Assembly (NCBI GenBank): GCA_905178155.1
Contig: CAJINV010000003.1
Span: 4,561,863 to 4,625,862, forward strand
DNA length: 64,000 nt
Source: Amoebophrya sp. A120
Taxonomy: Eukaryota > Protista > Dinoflagellata
Reading direction: 5' to 3'
Part shown: positions 11,705 to 24,884 of the stretch, in pieces
How the letters are laid out: every line of letters begins with the position of its first letter
How positions within the stretch are numbered: position 1 is the first letter of the stretch
Translations under genes and position numbers: made by a program
The notes under the pieces: generated by a model
Seen by the model: the letters and a program-made list of their open reading frames with translations, nothing else
What the model was told of the DNA's origin: nothing
Databases searched by the model: none

Positions 11705-13811
11705 ATGGCGGAGGGAGGAACGTTGGTTGAGGCTGGTAGCCTGGCGGACATGCCCGAGGCGGAGCGGAGGGAGGAGTTCGTTGTGAAGTTTCCCTCTGGC
11801 GAGGAGAAACCAATGAGTTGGGACGAGGCGCTGAAGTCCCAGGAAGCCGGGTTGCCGGTTTACAAGAAAGTTGCCAAACGCGGTCGGGGCCGTCCGCCGA
11901 AGATACGGAGCGACGCGAAAGCAGACGGCGAGGTTGCGAAGCATCGAAAGTCCTCGCAGCCTCCGGGGGGGCAGGCTGGCGGGAGTAGTTCCAGCTCCGC
12001 TCGTCTGCCGGACCTCAAGAATGTTGACGATGCACGACCTGCAAAGAAGCGCAAAAACAGAGAGGGGGCTGAAGGCGACGACGACAACGACGACGAGGAG
12101 AGCGAAGCACCTCCTCCACCCGTCGTGCAAACCAAAATTGAGGTCACCGGGTTCTTGGGAACAAGTTCTCTGGCACTTGTGACGCAGAAGCAGGGCGGCC
12201 AATCGCAGGCCCTGCAAGCCCTCGACATCTACTCGGGGACAGCAGCGCGGACGGAGCTAGATTTCCGGCAGAAGATAGAGCAAGAACGGCGGTAATGTTT
12301 TGTTGCTAATGCTACACATGCTATTCGAAGGCAATAAATTCTGATGGAAGTAGACATGATGACAAACACCGAAGCAGCCTTCGGTAATATGTTCTCCCAC
12401 CGACTAGCGCTCGGTTTTATACTAGTCGTCGGTCTGGTGAAGACAAATAAATCTGTTGAATTCTCTGAAAGGCAAACGAGGGCCAGGCACTCAAAAACTA
12501 TAAGGCGTGAATCCAGTTCGATAGCAGCAGGGTAGAAGTACAGCTGAAAGGTTTTACCGATGCGGTTATTCGGCGCAAGTGTTGGATGGCGATGGAGCGA
12601 GGATTTGAAATCTGGTTTCGATGTTTCTAAACAAACTTCAGGAAAAATGCTTTGGGCGGCGGACGGTGGCCAACACCGCACACGCGCGCGGACTGGGAAG
12701 ACCAGCAGGCGGTGCTGCGCGAGAAGCATGCGGAGGAGCTCGAGCGAAAGCGGATGCGCAGTCTGTGGAACAAGTACTACAAGCGGCCTGCCTGGTACAT
12801 TCGTCGGTGGCTGCGGGTCAAAGCAAAACAGAAACAGAAACACATTCTCAGTGAGGGCGACGACGACGCAGAGGATCCCGATTCGGATATTAGAGAGGAC
12901 GAAAACGCCGCGGAGGGTCGGAGCAAGAGACGCAGAGACAGGTCCGAGTCCCCTCTGAAAGACGATATGCGCGGAGCCGCGGGTATCCGCCAGCCCTACG
13001 TCTCCAAATACTACGCGGACCGTCTTTTGCAGGCGAATCTCGAGAAATACAATAAGAAGCCAACGAATGTGCGCCTTCCCCCGAAAGGCGAGCCTGTCGT
13101 ACTATATTCGTTCGCTTTGATAATTTCGACATGCTTTCTGCATCGAAGATGTTGATTGAATCTAGGAAGTGCCTCCAGAGTGTGTTTTCTGCAGTGGAAT
13201 ATTTCTGTTTTGCAGTCGAATAAATTCACTAGCTTCTGCGTAAGATCATTAAAAGCGCAACATCGAGTTTTTTCTCCCGTCAGGTCTTCGAACCTCGCAG
13301 CGCCGCTCGCGCGCGTGAGATGGCGTCGTGGCGCAAGAAGAAGCCCCGGTTGCGTCCGCAACTGCGGTGGGAGGTGGTGAGCAGGCACATGGACCGTACC
13401 GGCGAGGTGTGCGACTACTGCCCGCCGATTATCGCGCTCGAGAAGCAGGAACCCATTGTGCTACCACCGCTGGAAGATTTGGAACCCATGGACCGCGTGA
13501 TTGAGATTGGCGATCCGTTCTTCGCCGCACGACTGGTGACGCTCGTCCAGGAAAAGGGTCACGCCGCGACTGGCGATGCGGGAACGACGTCGAAGATAGT
13601 AGACCAAGCCGACACGACAAAAAAGACGCTGCGATTCGGCTACGTGTGCCGGCTGCTTCAGTGCCGCAAGACCTTGGCAAAGCTCTACCTCGTGCATTGG
13701 TTGCCGAACAAGCACGAAGGGGTACCGGGGAAATACGAAGTGCACCTGCAGTCCCGTGTCATCATGTTCTTGCGCGCACACGATCCAGACCGCATTCTCG
13801 AAAAAATTTGA
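11705..13811 (+). CDS. Hypothetical nuclear protein with an AT-hook-like motif, 3 exons
   Basis: ATG 11705. KRGRGRPPK motif. GT-AG introns 12292-12641 (phase 2) and ~13099-13283 (phase 0) join ORFs 11657, 12652 and 13320 in frame. Confidence 0.7.
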
Positions 13812-14356
13812 ACGAAGGATTTTGCTACATACCTTTCGAAGTAGTAAAGGCACTAAACAAAGAATGTGACAGCGTCAAACGCGTGAGATAGAAGTACCAA
13901 TCGAGGTTCCGCCTTGTGCAGTGCTCGCGGTGGACGTGCAGCGGCATTGGCTTCTGGGCTCCTCTCGTTGAGTTTGATGGTGGAATAACTTTGAGTTTGT
14001 GTTCGCAAGTAGATCGGGATCCAGGTTTGCTTTTTTGCCGGACCGAACTTCTCGCTTGATCCGAAATTAGATTTTTACCTTGACGAACGGCGAATTTACT
14101 AGTTGAAGTGTCTTGGGAAGCTTCGGTGCACTTTTTTGTTGCGACCTCGACTTAATATTTTCTATTCGCTCGATTTTCCTATCTCAGACGCAAAAATTAA
14201 CCTCCTGTGATTGCGTAACAAACTCGAGTCAACAGCGACATCTGGATCTGTGACACGGGCAATGTTGGCCAAGTGAGAAACTAGATTCGAATAAAGTTAT
14301 TTTTGACATTCTTGCATTTGCCACTGATCTTACTTGCCAAGCGATTGTTGAGTAAC

Positions 14357-16410
14357 ATGCCACGGCGCAGCAGCGGTCGGACGAAGCTGGCGAAGCAGCA
14401 ACAGATTGTAGAGCTGTCCACACTCGCGGTCGCCAGTACGTTCTTGTTCCTTTCCTTCTGTTGGAGTCGCCACTCGATTCCGAAGTCGAGTCTGTCTCGC
14501 TACCTGGAGCGACTCATAGCAGAAAGTGAGCAGCTGAGCGATGGCGCCGTCCCCGGAAGAAATGGGGGCACGACGCCTATCAAATGCAAAAGTGTCTGGG
14601 TCTGGAAGAATGCATGTTTGTCATGCTTGTCTGGCATGACCCTTAAATCTGTCATGCACGTTACCCAAGAGCTCGATTTTTCTGTGATGCAGAAACGCAG
14701 TTTGTCATGCAGAATAGGCAACACGTAGAGGCTCAGAAACTTGTCATGCTGAGCCAGCACTTGTGGCCTCATCATGAGACGCCACACAGCATCACAAGTT
14801 TCCAGACCCAGACATTTTTACTTTTGATATCGCCACCACAGTCCTGGTTTTCAGTCATCCGCAACGCCTCGGTTAACCAGTACAAGAAACAGGCCATTCA
14901 TGACTCCTTCCAGAACGCGGTGGGAAGCATCAGCAAGGTGTTGGCCGAGTCGGGGTTGGCAGACTCGGTGGTTGCCCAGCGTCTCCTCTACGCACTGTTC
15001 AAAGTTGCGGAGGGCGACGCGTTGGGCTTCGAGAAAACCGCTGCTGCGGAAGCGGAGGAGATCAAAGAATTGTTTGGGGACATCGCTGTACCAGCCTCGG
15101 CGACCGAATCAGTCTCATTAGCGTCCCCGACCGATAATTCTTTGACGAAACCAGACGCGACCGCCGGGCTTTTTCCTCTCCGCGCACGCTCGTTTCGGGT
15201 ACTTGGCGACGCGGTGCTGGATTCTTTCGTGTTCACCCCGTGCTTCGGTTTGGCAGGATATCTCTTTCCGAAATACTCTGCGCAGGTGGAGGTCCGGCGC
15301 TATTTGCGCCGCTACGAGGACGCTTCGCTGGCGGCGAAGGTACTGTACGCACAGTTGATAACCGCAAAGCGCTTGCCCCAGCTGGCGCCGTCTTCCTCCG
15401 AGGGAAAAAAAGTGAAACCATCACCGGACAAGAAAAAAAAGAAAAAGAAGGACACGACCGGCGTCGCGACTGCGGGTCTTCAGGACCTTGCTGCATCGTC
15501 CGGCGGAGAAAAGACTATGTCTTCCTCAGATGACGCAACGGGCTTCGAAATCATCGAGGTCCAGGACAGCCACCCGTTTGACCGGATTGTCGTACGAGCA
15601 GTATTGGGCCTCGCCGGGGAAGATGCGGAGAACGACATAAGAAGTACGCTGGCACCAGAGCAGCTGCAAGCGCTCGAGCAGTTTACAGAGACAGTGCTAG
15701 AGGCCGGCAAAGAGGTTAGGCGGGGAAGAACGACGTCGCCGGCATCGGGCAGCAAACGCAAAGCCTCAGAAAGCCCGCTCGCCGGTGGGGCTGGAAATGA
15801 CGACGCAGTTGTTTTGTCCGTCGATGCCGCAAGGAAGTGGGGGTCAATTGCAGATTTTTTCCAGCACTGCATTGCACCAACGGCTGTAGCAGACCAGGTT
15901 AGGGAAATTTTGTTGCGGTTTCCGCTAGTGCTTCTCGCGCGGGACCTGGATCAAATGCTTTTCATTCACTGGCTGTGCGATTCTGGCAATACGGAGCTCG
16001 TAAGGTTTGTGCTCAGCGAAGAAATGCTTCAGCCGGTAGTGGAGGTATTGCAGCGGGCTTTTTCATCAAACGACAAGTGCGCACAGAATCCCTACACCGA
16101 TGCGAGGAGCGGAACTGCAGTCGCAGGGGCAGAGCCGGGCGCGGGGGGACTGGGACCGGTGTTTGCGGTTCCTAGCAGCCTTTTTGAGGAAAAAGACGTG
16201 TTAAGTGTTGACGTGCTGCGGAAAATTATGCTGAACCACCAGGACTGGGGCGCGGGTAACACCCCCTTGCATTACGCGTTTGATTGCGAGCAGGACGAAA
16301 TCATAGATCTTCTCTCCTCCGCACCGCATGTAGGCTTGATCGATCAGACAGCGAGAAACATGGACGGTCGCACACTCGAGAAGCTGTTGTCAGAGAGGTC
16401 GGCCGCGTAG
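14357..16410 (+). CDS. Protein with C-terminal ankyrin-like repeats, interrupted by one introner
   Basis: ATG 14357. Removing 14578-14834 (257 nt) joins ...GGTTP|PQSWFSV... in frame. Ankyrin-like NHQDWGAGNTPLHYAF...NMDGRT near the C-terminus. Confidence 0.75.
14578..14829. mobile_element. MITE-like introner, family A1 (252 bp), TSD ACGCC/TCGCC
   Basis: TIRs tatcaaatgcaaaagtgtctgggtctggaa ... ttccagacccagacatttttacttttgata. Highly similar over its full length to 60587-60838. Confidence 0.93.
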
Positions 16411-16565
16411 CAGGCTCGAGTGGAAATCGAAAGGTAAAGAAACAAATCCTCAGATAACATTGCACCTGCAAATAAACAGGCGTGAATAAACGTGCAGCCC
16501 GCAATCGGGGTCGTATCGATTCGCGTTTGAAACGAGTAACCATGAGCCTGTGAGTGAGCATTGCA

Positions 16566-16605
16566 GGCCCCACAGGCCGATCGCTGGGCCCCACAGGCCG
16601 ATCGC
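16566..16605. repeat. Tandem duplication of ggccccacaggccgatcgc (19 bp, period 21)
   Basis: Two exact copies at 16566-16584 and 16587-16605, in the spacer upstream of the DVNP-domain gene. Confidence 0.85.
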
Positions 16606-16844
16606 GTTGATACATAGTCATTGTAAAGTAAGACGAGTTTTATCTCGCGAGTCTTGTTTTGGGACGGAGAGTACGGAGAGAGAAATTTGGCCAACGTTGT
16701 GGCGCATTGTACGTTCGAGAGCGGCGTGCGAAAACGCTGAATCGGGACGGTCGCTGTATCAAAAATACGTCTGATATAGGAAATCGAAAATCTTAAGTGT
16801 GTACTGAAAGCTGATGAAATAATATTGCGCTCGGTGGCTCCACA

Positions 16845-19800
16845 ATGAATCAATTTCCTTTTGCTAGAAGCCGCGATCCCTACCACCAGGCGGGAGCGCA
16901 GATGCGGAAAAACTCCGGCAACACCGCTGCAGGAAAGCCTCGGCCCAGGCCGTCCGCAAAGCAGAAGGCCCCGGATGATACCGCAGAGGCCGCAACCGCA
17001 GGCACTTCTCCCGCCCTGAAGAAGCGAAGAAAGCACGCCGACCCGGGCGCGTCTTCGGGTGCAAACGCGGATTCGAAGAAAGAGGAAGCCACTAACAAAA
17101 AGAAGAAAAATCCTGCGGCAGAGAAAGTGAAGGCGCAAATCACGAGGCAGCAGCTCTCGAAGAAGGAAAAACTCCTGTGGGAGAAGCATCAGGCGCAAAT
17201 TGCTTTCGGCCCGACCGCCATGGAGCAAGTTTTCAGTGGCGAGAAGACCGTAACGGATTACGGTCTGCGCAAGCAGGACCTGATGCAGGACCCGGAAACG
17301 GGGCGGATCGTCTCGAAGAAGCAGTACCAGGCCCGCATCAAGCGATGGCACACGCCGGCAAATGCCGACGGAAGCGTGAATCGCAATTTTCACTGGAGTA
17401 AGGCGTTTGCGAAAGCGCGAGCGGAGCACGCGGGGGGCAAGAAGGCGACGCCGGATGGTACAGAGCAGAAACTCGCCGCGGAAGTAGACGAGGGATTTGC
17501 GGCTGCACAACAGGAAAACATGGCGCAGCTGCGAAGCGGTGTCGAGCCCTCGCGAGGTGGAAAAAAATCCCCAATGAAAGCCTCTGCATCTTCTTCACCG
17601 AACAGTGTGGAGCAGGGCAGGATAAAATCGGTGAACGTGTTTGCGTTGACGAAGCCCGAGCGGACTGGGCTGTTTGACCGCACGCGGGAGCTGTACACGA
17701 ACTCGGTTGCAGAAAGCGAGGCCGATCACCGGATGCAGGAGCTGGCGAAACGCTGGACCAGCAATTTGCTGAGGGAAGACGACAGCGGGCTGGACGTTTT
17801 GTGGTCTCACGGCGCCACGCTGGCGGGAGAGCGGGAGCAAGTTGCCAATCAAGACCAAGATGCGACGGCGGGACAAAGCGTACACGGCGGGAAAAATGAT
17901 CCGGTGCACGAGGAAAAGGTGGATTCGGAAAGCAACGCTTCGACTTCCTTGCTTGTACAGTTTTTGCGCCACTGCTTTTCGCGTGACGACGGTTCGATTG
18001 CGCCGGAGCAGCAAACCGACGTAGATGAGCGAAGCGGCCTTCATCCACCGGGGCCCCGAAAAGACAATGGGTCAGAGGGGAGCAGCTTTGCAGAAAATGC
18101 GAAGAACGACGCGATCAGCCCGCAGAAGTACTGTGCAGTTTTGCAACAAGAAACTACTCCTGTTATGCCCCCCGCGCCGGAAACCGCTGGAGCATCACCA
18201 AGAGCAGACGCAGCTACAGCCGCATCTCCAGCCGATTGCAGTTCCGGCCTTGGTATCGAGCCCGTCGCTGCTGGTGAGCCAAACACCGCGGATTTTGACA
18301 CTCCCGCAATCGCATTTGCAAATGAAGTTGGGTCACCTGCTGCACAAAATTCCCTAGATGAAGGCGATAGAAGAAGCAACCCGCCCGAGGAAAGGAAAAG
18401 CACAGGCTCAGTGTCAGGTTTACGTGCATTGGGCGAGTGTTCAGAAGACACGGCGAGAACAGCGTGGCACAAGTACTTTGCTCCGGAACTAGTGAAAAAC
18501 GACGATGGTGAAGCTGCGCTGACGCCCGTGTCGGTGAAGAGCCTTTGGGACGAGATGACGCAGCACTTCGTGCGTTCAACATTGGTTTATCAAATGTAAA
18601 AATGTCTGGGTCTGGAAACTTGTGATGCTGGGTAGCGTATCATGAGGAGGCTACAAGTGCTGGCTCAGCATGACAAGCTTCTGAGCTTCTAGGTGTTGTC
18701 TATTCTGCATGACAAACTGCGTTTTCGCATGACAGAAAAATGCGGCTCTTGGGTAATGTGCATGACAAATTTAAGAGTCATGTGCATTCTTCCAGACCCA
18801 GACATTTTTGCACTTGATATGGTTCGGGAATTCGCAAAGAAAGAGGATCTTGCGCCGCTGAAGCAGGTGGTGCCGCGGATGCAATGCGCTACGTCTTCTG
18901 TACGACCGACGACTGCAGCGTCTTCGGAGCGCCGGATGACCCCGGAGGAGGAAGACGTGTTTCTGCGGGAGTGTCGTGAGGCGTTGAAAGTGTGTGGGAA
19001 TCCAGCACTGGCAGCGAAATATTCCGGAACTTTGCCGCTGCTGGCGCAGAATGGTGAAGCCGTCCCACGAGGCGACGCACCGGAACAGCCACAGCTGCCT
19101 GAACCTGCGAGATCGCAGCAGTTCGCGAAAAAAGAAAATAAGAAGGAGAAAAAACCTATGCCGGAAGCGGTGAAAGAGAAGCTGCGCAAGCACAAGCAAG
19201 AACAGCGGGAAAAGAAACTGCAGGGGGAAGAGCCAGTGCGAATAAATAAGAAGGCAAAGGTAGACAAGAATGCTGAGCAGGATAGCGGAGACTACTACTC
19301 CTGGTACGACTACAATTACGATGATGCCCTCGACGGTTACAATTGGATGGAGCTTGACTACGACAACTATGGGTCATACGCGGACAAAGACGGATGGCCA
19401 GCATTCCCGGAGTATAACTCGTCCGCTTCTGCGTCGGTGTCACACTCGAAGTCGGCATCACGAAAGAAAAACGACAAGAAAAGCAAGAAGCTGCCACGCC
19501 GGGCCAAGGACAAAGCGAAGACGGAGATGAAGCATAGCCAGAACTTGAAGATGAAAGAAAGCGGCCGCAAGAAGGGGCCTTTGCCAAGAGAGATGAAGGA
19601 TTTTGAGAGTCTGCAACAAAAAGAAGACGGTGCGACTAAAGACGACGCGGACCATGGCCCAAAGCGAAAACCGCCGGAGCTGCGGCAGAACGTGGCATCG
19701 TACGGAGGGCCGGAGTGCTTTGTGTTCGAGGATGATGACATCAGTTCGGGCTCTTGGTCCGAAATTACTGACGGCGAAATGGAGCGGCTAGACGCGTACC

Positions 19801-19850
19801 TTCGCGAAGAGGAGGAGGAACAGAAAAGACTAGCAGCGCCAAAGGAGTAA
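16845..19850 (+). CDS. ~920-aa basic/disordered protein containing a DVNP-like (dinoflagellate/viral nucleoprotein) domain
   Basis: ORFs 16845 and 18693 join in frame (STLV|REFAK) on removing 18588-18824. A K-rich N-terminus is followed by QVFSGEKTVTDYGLRKQDLMQDPETGRIVSKK...WSKAFAKAR, resembling the DVNP core VxxGxxxKTxGGLxKxDLxKNKxGKIVSKK...WxKAxxKAR. Confidence 0.75.
18588..18819. mobile_element. MITE-like introner, family A1 (232 bp), reverse orientation, TSD TGGTT
   Basis: Reverse complement of the 14578/60587 element with a ~20-bp internal deletion. TGGTT at 18583-18587 and 18820-18824. Carries an in-frame TAA (18597-18599). Confidence 0.93.
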
Positions 19851-20060
19851 GTAGTCACATTCACTTGATGCGGATGGGAATCACACCAATGCCGCTTCCA
19901 AAAATGAAACAGGCAAGAACTTTGAGAAGCGCAATGGCCACGTTGTACTCATGTGCGACATGCAGTAGATTTGCAATGCACCAAGGATGCTGCATGGACA
20001 GCGCCTGGCTCATTCTTCAGTGCCTGTCTCCTTTTGGTCAGAGCAGTTGAGCGTAGGTTT

Positions 20061-20124
20061 CTGTATAGATACTCACTTCATGTGAACAAAAACCCGCTGT
20101 ATAGATACTCACTTCATGTGAACA
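20061..20124. repeat. 28-bp direct repeat ctgtatagatactcacttcatgtgaaca x2 (period 36)
   Basis: Exact copies at 20061-20088 and 20097-20124, intergenic. Confidence 0.85.
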
Positions 20125-20886
20125 GAGGTTAGGTTTCATCTAGTAGCTTCTAGCTCTGTTACCGCCGACCCAGAGCCATAGGAAGATAGCGACCTGCCAC
20201 CTACCCTCGTGAAGCGTGAAAAGCCCGCTCTTGAGCTTGAAACTAGTCCCCTTGAGGTTCATGTTGATGCTTGTACATTGTTCAATCCCCCTGTAATTTT
20301 TGGTGCTACTAAAATCGTAGGCGCTCTGTCTACGGCGCAGGGAAGAAAAGTGAGGTTTTCCCTCGAGATGCACTAGTGATCCTGGCGCTCTCCTTTCCAG
20401 CTTCTCTGTTCTTAGTGACACGGTTTCGAGGCGCAGTGCATTTCTTTTCGCGTTTTTTTGTCGCGGGTTTTCCACTCACATGTCATCGTCGATCGTCTTG
20501 CAGCAGGAGCAGAATATTAATGTTTCGTTTTCTTTCGGACGAGATCTCCTTCGTGTCTGGAGTGACGGAGATTGATGATGAGTGAGAGTCGTTGATGCAG
20601 CTCCGTGTTTGTCGCTTCGCTGAAGTAGATAAGATAAAGATTTCCGTATCAGTACGGGCACTGCCACAGGAATTTATTATCAAGAACTCTGGAACAAAAC
20701 CAAAGGCAAATTATCAAGGGAAATTAAAAGTGCTTTTATCACCGTAGGTCTAGCTTCAGCTCCGTCCGGGTGCTCCAGTCGGCAGACGGAGTGTCGCCGA
20801 ATTGAAGATGCCTTCGCGGTCGTGAGTAGAGCGCTGGTGTCTTTCGGATTGTAACAAGGGTAGCTGCTCTTTCGCCCACAGTCGTC

Positions 20887-23876
20887 ATGGCGGAAGACGC
20901 GGGGAAGCAACATACAATCTACGAAGAGGTGGAGTTCGATGATGAGGAACCTCTCGAAGAACTCCAGCCTGACTTCGACGAAGAAGAGGAGGAAGGGGCG
21001 GATCTCGATGACTACAACAAGGTGCGACAATTTGTTACGGAGTTTTGCTCATACTGTACTGTGCCTTTCGACAAGAAACTTTTGTGATGAAAAGAGTCAG
21101 CTACTTGCTTGCGCATCTGGAAATAAAATAAACTTGTTTTAAAAAAAAAAACGAACAGCTTGTTGTCGAAACCCGAATCCCAAACACTCTGCGCGATTCC
21201 GCACCGCCTGCAACAATAGTCGAGCGGCAGGCACCGAACGTAGATGACTTCATTCGCAACTTCTTCATCAAGCACGGCTTCACGAGAAGCCTAGAGGCAT
21301 TTCAGAACGAGTGGTTCGAAAAGGGCGGATTGGGGGAGGCAATAGAAACAGCTCCAGATCTCTACGTATTGTTTTTTTGTGATTGATTTCGTCACCCATG
21401 AAATTTGAGGAGCGAAGTTGTCCTCAGTGGTAGTGAACGGAAGTTATGTAGTCGAGACAGCAGTACTCCTGGACGGGCTAGGGAGAAAATCGAAAATCCC
21501 ACCTTCTGCCAAAACCAGGTCAAAGCGCAGCAGTTGGCGCAGGAAAATGCAGGCCTGACGCACGCATTGCAGACATCAGAGGGCATCGCGCAAGAAAGCA
21601 AGAAGCAGTGGGACAAGTTCCGAAAAGAAAGGGACTTCCACAAAATGCACCATAGAAGGGTAAGCAGTACGCTTCACAAATTTTTTTACTGATTAAGTAC
21701 TTTTTTTTTCTCGAAGGGCGTTTCATCAAGTAGTATCTCTTATCAGTCTAGCATACTCGCAAGAGAACAAGCTAGGATGCGAAAGAAATTTTGTGTCAAT
21801 CCATGAAACTACATTCAGGTCGTGCAAGAAAGGAGGCGGCTTCTGACCGATTTTGAAAGACTAAAGCGACACTACGAGCAATATGAGCCGACACTTGCGG
21901 AGCTGAGGCACAAGTATTTTTTCCACGATAAAGAATCAATTTCAATTTCTTCGCCTTTTGGTTCTGTCGTTTTTCTCTACACAAACACCGTGAAAATGAA
22001 AAAACGGAGGGAGCCGCAGGCATTGCTGATGAGCATAGCGGTTTCATCAGAAAGTAGCTCGCTTTCCCCAATCACCTCTACAGGTACGAGGTAATCATGA
22101 AGGAGAAGATGCTTATGAGACTAGAGCGAGACCGTATCGCGGGTAAAATGGAGACCCTCCAGGAGCAGTTAGAGGTTTTGCAAAGACAAGTAGACCAGAA
22201 GGACTCCAAGGCTAGTCCGGCCGAAGGTACAATTTTTCACCTGCTCTAGCTTCTTTGGAGATACTTCATCTGGCACTATCTATCATTACGCGTCGAAACC
22301 GAGAATTACCGCGTTCCGTTTTTATCATGAGGTTTTGATTGTGTAGTTGTTGACACTCACGGGAAACTAATTGAAGACTCATATGAAAAATCGCCATACA
22401 AACAGCGACCGGAGTTACAAAGTCGAGAAGAAGAATAAATACGCCCTGGCCAGAGGAGGAAGATCTCGGTGAGCCGGCAGTCTTCGAGCCCATAAAACCA
22501 GCGGACCTAAAGGCACTGAAATCCTTCCCCAAGTGCCACGCTGGACCGATTGCGTCGCTGGCCTTCCATCCCAAGTTACCAGGTAGAGTTGAAGATCTAC
22601 TTCGTTTTCGGTCTGGTGCTATGAGTTGGAAAAGTATTTTGATTAGAATGAGTGTACCGCTGTGCATCAGATGTTCATGATCCGTGTCGCTGATTCTGAT
22701 TGTGCAGTCACTGCCCATCCAATGAATAAATGTTATTCGCCGAATGCTCATCGTCATCATCTGCAACGCCGAAATTTTCTTCTCAGTTTTGGCAACGGCA
22801 AGCGACGACCACACGTGGAAGTTGTTCTCTTTGCCGGCGGGCGAGCTAGTCATGAGCGGGGAGGGGCACCGAGACTGGGTTTCTGGCATCGGATTTCACC
22901 ATCGCAGCAATTTGATCGGAACAACCTCCGGGGACGCGACCGTGAAGATATGGGATATGAGCACCGAGTCCTGTCGTCACACGTTTACCGACCACACCCA
23001 GGCGACCTGGGGTCTCGATTTCCATCCCACACATGATTTCTTGGTGACCGCCAGTATGGACCACACGGCGCGCGTCTTCGATCTTGCATCGTGGCGCTGC
23101 AGGCAGACCTTCCGCGGGCATGTGGACAGCGTCAATGCTGTCTGCTTCCAGCCGCATGGAATGAATGTATGTCTTTTTTTGAATATTTTGTGATTTTTCT
23201 CATTTGCGTCCAAGTATAAAAAGTTGTCGCCAGGGGCACGGATAGTATACGACGCCACTAGTTGATGTGCTGCGATCGATTTCTGGTACTTTTCATCACA
23301 AAGTCGGGACGATAACTTTCAGGTTTGCACTGCGTCTGGTGATAAGACGGTGTCATTGTGGGACTTGAGAAGCGGGCTGTGTGTGCAAACCTTTTACGGG
23401 CACTCGAACGCCGTTAATAGTTGCAGGTTCCAGCGAGCCGGCACAGTACTGGTCAGTTGTGACGCCGACGGGCTCTGCAAGCTGTGGGATATCCGCATGG
23501 TGCGAACAAATTTTCTTTTTAAAGAAGAACGACCGGCGCTGAGTGTCACCTTTGTCTGTCGAATAGCGGTAGCTATCTGTAGGTGCGAAAATATAATCTC
23601 TATCATCAGCAAATATCAACAAATAATCAGGTCTGCGAGTTCCTCCAGATTGACGCAGGCCCGCACCCAGTGAACGCGGCCGACTTTGACGGCAGCGGGA
23701 AGGCCCTCGCGCTGGCCAGTGGGGACGGAGCAATTAAGTTGTTCGATCTCGACACCAAGACGTTCGTCAAGAACCTCGACGGCCACGAAGATTCCGCCCA
23801 GGATGTCCGCTTTGACCCGCAGAGCAAGATGCTCGCGTCGTGCGGCTCCGACTCCTCCGTCATGCTGTGGCAGTAG
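20887..23876 (+). CDS. SPAG16: Flagellar central-pair WD40 protein PF20/SPAG16, multi-exon
   Basis: Characteristic N-terminal segments (DDFIRNFFIKHG...FQNEWFE; WDKFRKERDFHKMHHRRVVQE...LKRHYEQYEPTL...KEKMLMRLERDR) are followed by ~7 WD40 repeats. Introns are GT-AG. Confidence 0.9.
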
Positions 23877-24884
23877 GTGCGACGCGGAAAAAACTAGATT
23901 CAAACCCATTGTAGAATTGAAATATCTAGTGGAAGCTTTTAGTAGGTTGATAGAACTAGTCAGCAATCAATGTGACAGAACAAGTAGCCCGGTGTGTGAC
24001 ATCGTCATCGGGCGTTACACTGTTCATTGAGTTCAAGTATGACAAAGTTACTGCTCCGCCCGCGCAGCAGTACTCGCAGGTGTTTGGGTAGAAGCAGGGC
24101 AAAGGCATACGACCCCAACCCCGTGCCTTTCTCCATGTACCAAACCACTCAAAACCTCCAGAGATTCTTATTCACAATCTATGACGACAAGAGAGAGACT
24201 TTGATATTCTTACTGTTACCTACGACGACATTCGTAAAGACAAAAGCGAAGGCCCCGGGCTGAGGCCCAGGTGAAGTACGGGATAGCAAAAGCAAGCCGA
24301 TGGCTTGTTCCAGATGCGATCGTAAAAACGTTGGAAAATGTCGTCAGCCGGACTGATGTACACAAAACGAATCAAGAAATCCAAAGCAATTTTCGAGCGC
24401 ATGCAATTTGGGCGCGGCGAACATTGGACGCAATTGTGTGTATTTTGCGTGGTAGGCACAGAACGATCAAAACCTCGAAGAACACAGTTCATCTAGTGCA
24501 GATGCCTCATTCGATCCTTTTAAGCCGTCTGAAGGTGTTACACTTCTTGTTTCGAAGAACATGCACAGTTGCTGATCGTATCGCATGCAACTCTTGGCTG
24601 CGCAGTTTCGTACGCCCTCTGTTTGTTGTGCATTGACGTTCCGAAGTCGCACGCAAGCGCATGCATTTCAACTTAGTCGTGCATTTTGTTCCGCTAGTAC
24701 ATTCCTACAGACTAACTAGAGTTGCATTTATTGGATTTTGACTTTTATACACTGTATCTCGCTCACCCTCACGCATGTACAATTGCTTTCGCGTAACTAA
24801 GTACTCATTTTTTTTGATGTCTATGCATCCATGATGTGTGCATAAATTTCCCAAATATTTGTATCTTTTGAAAGAAGTTTTCTC

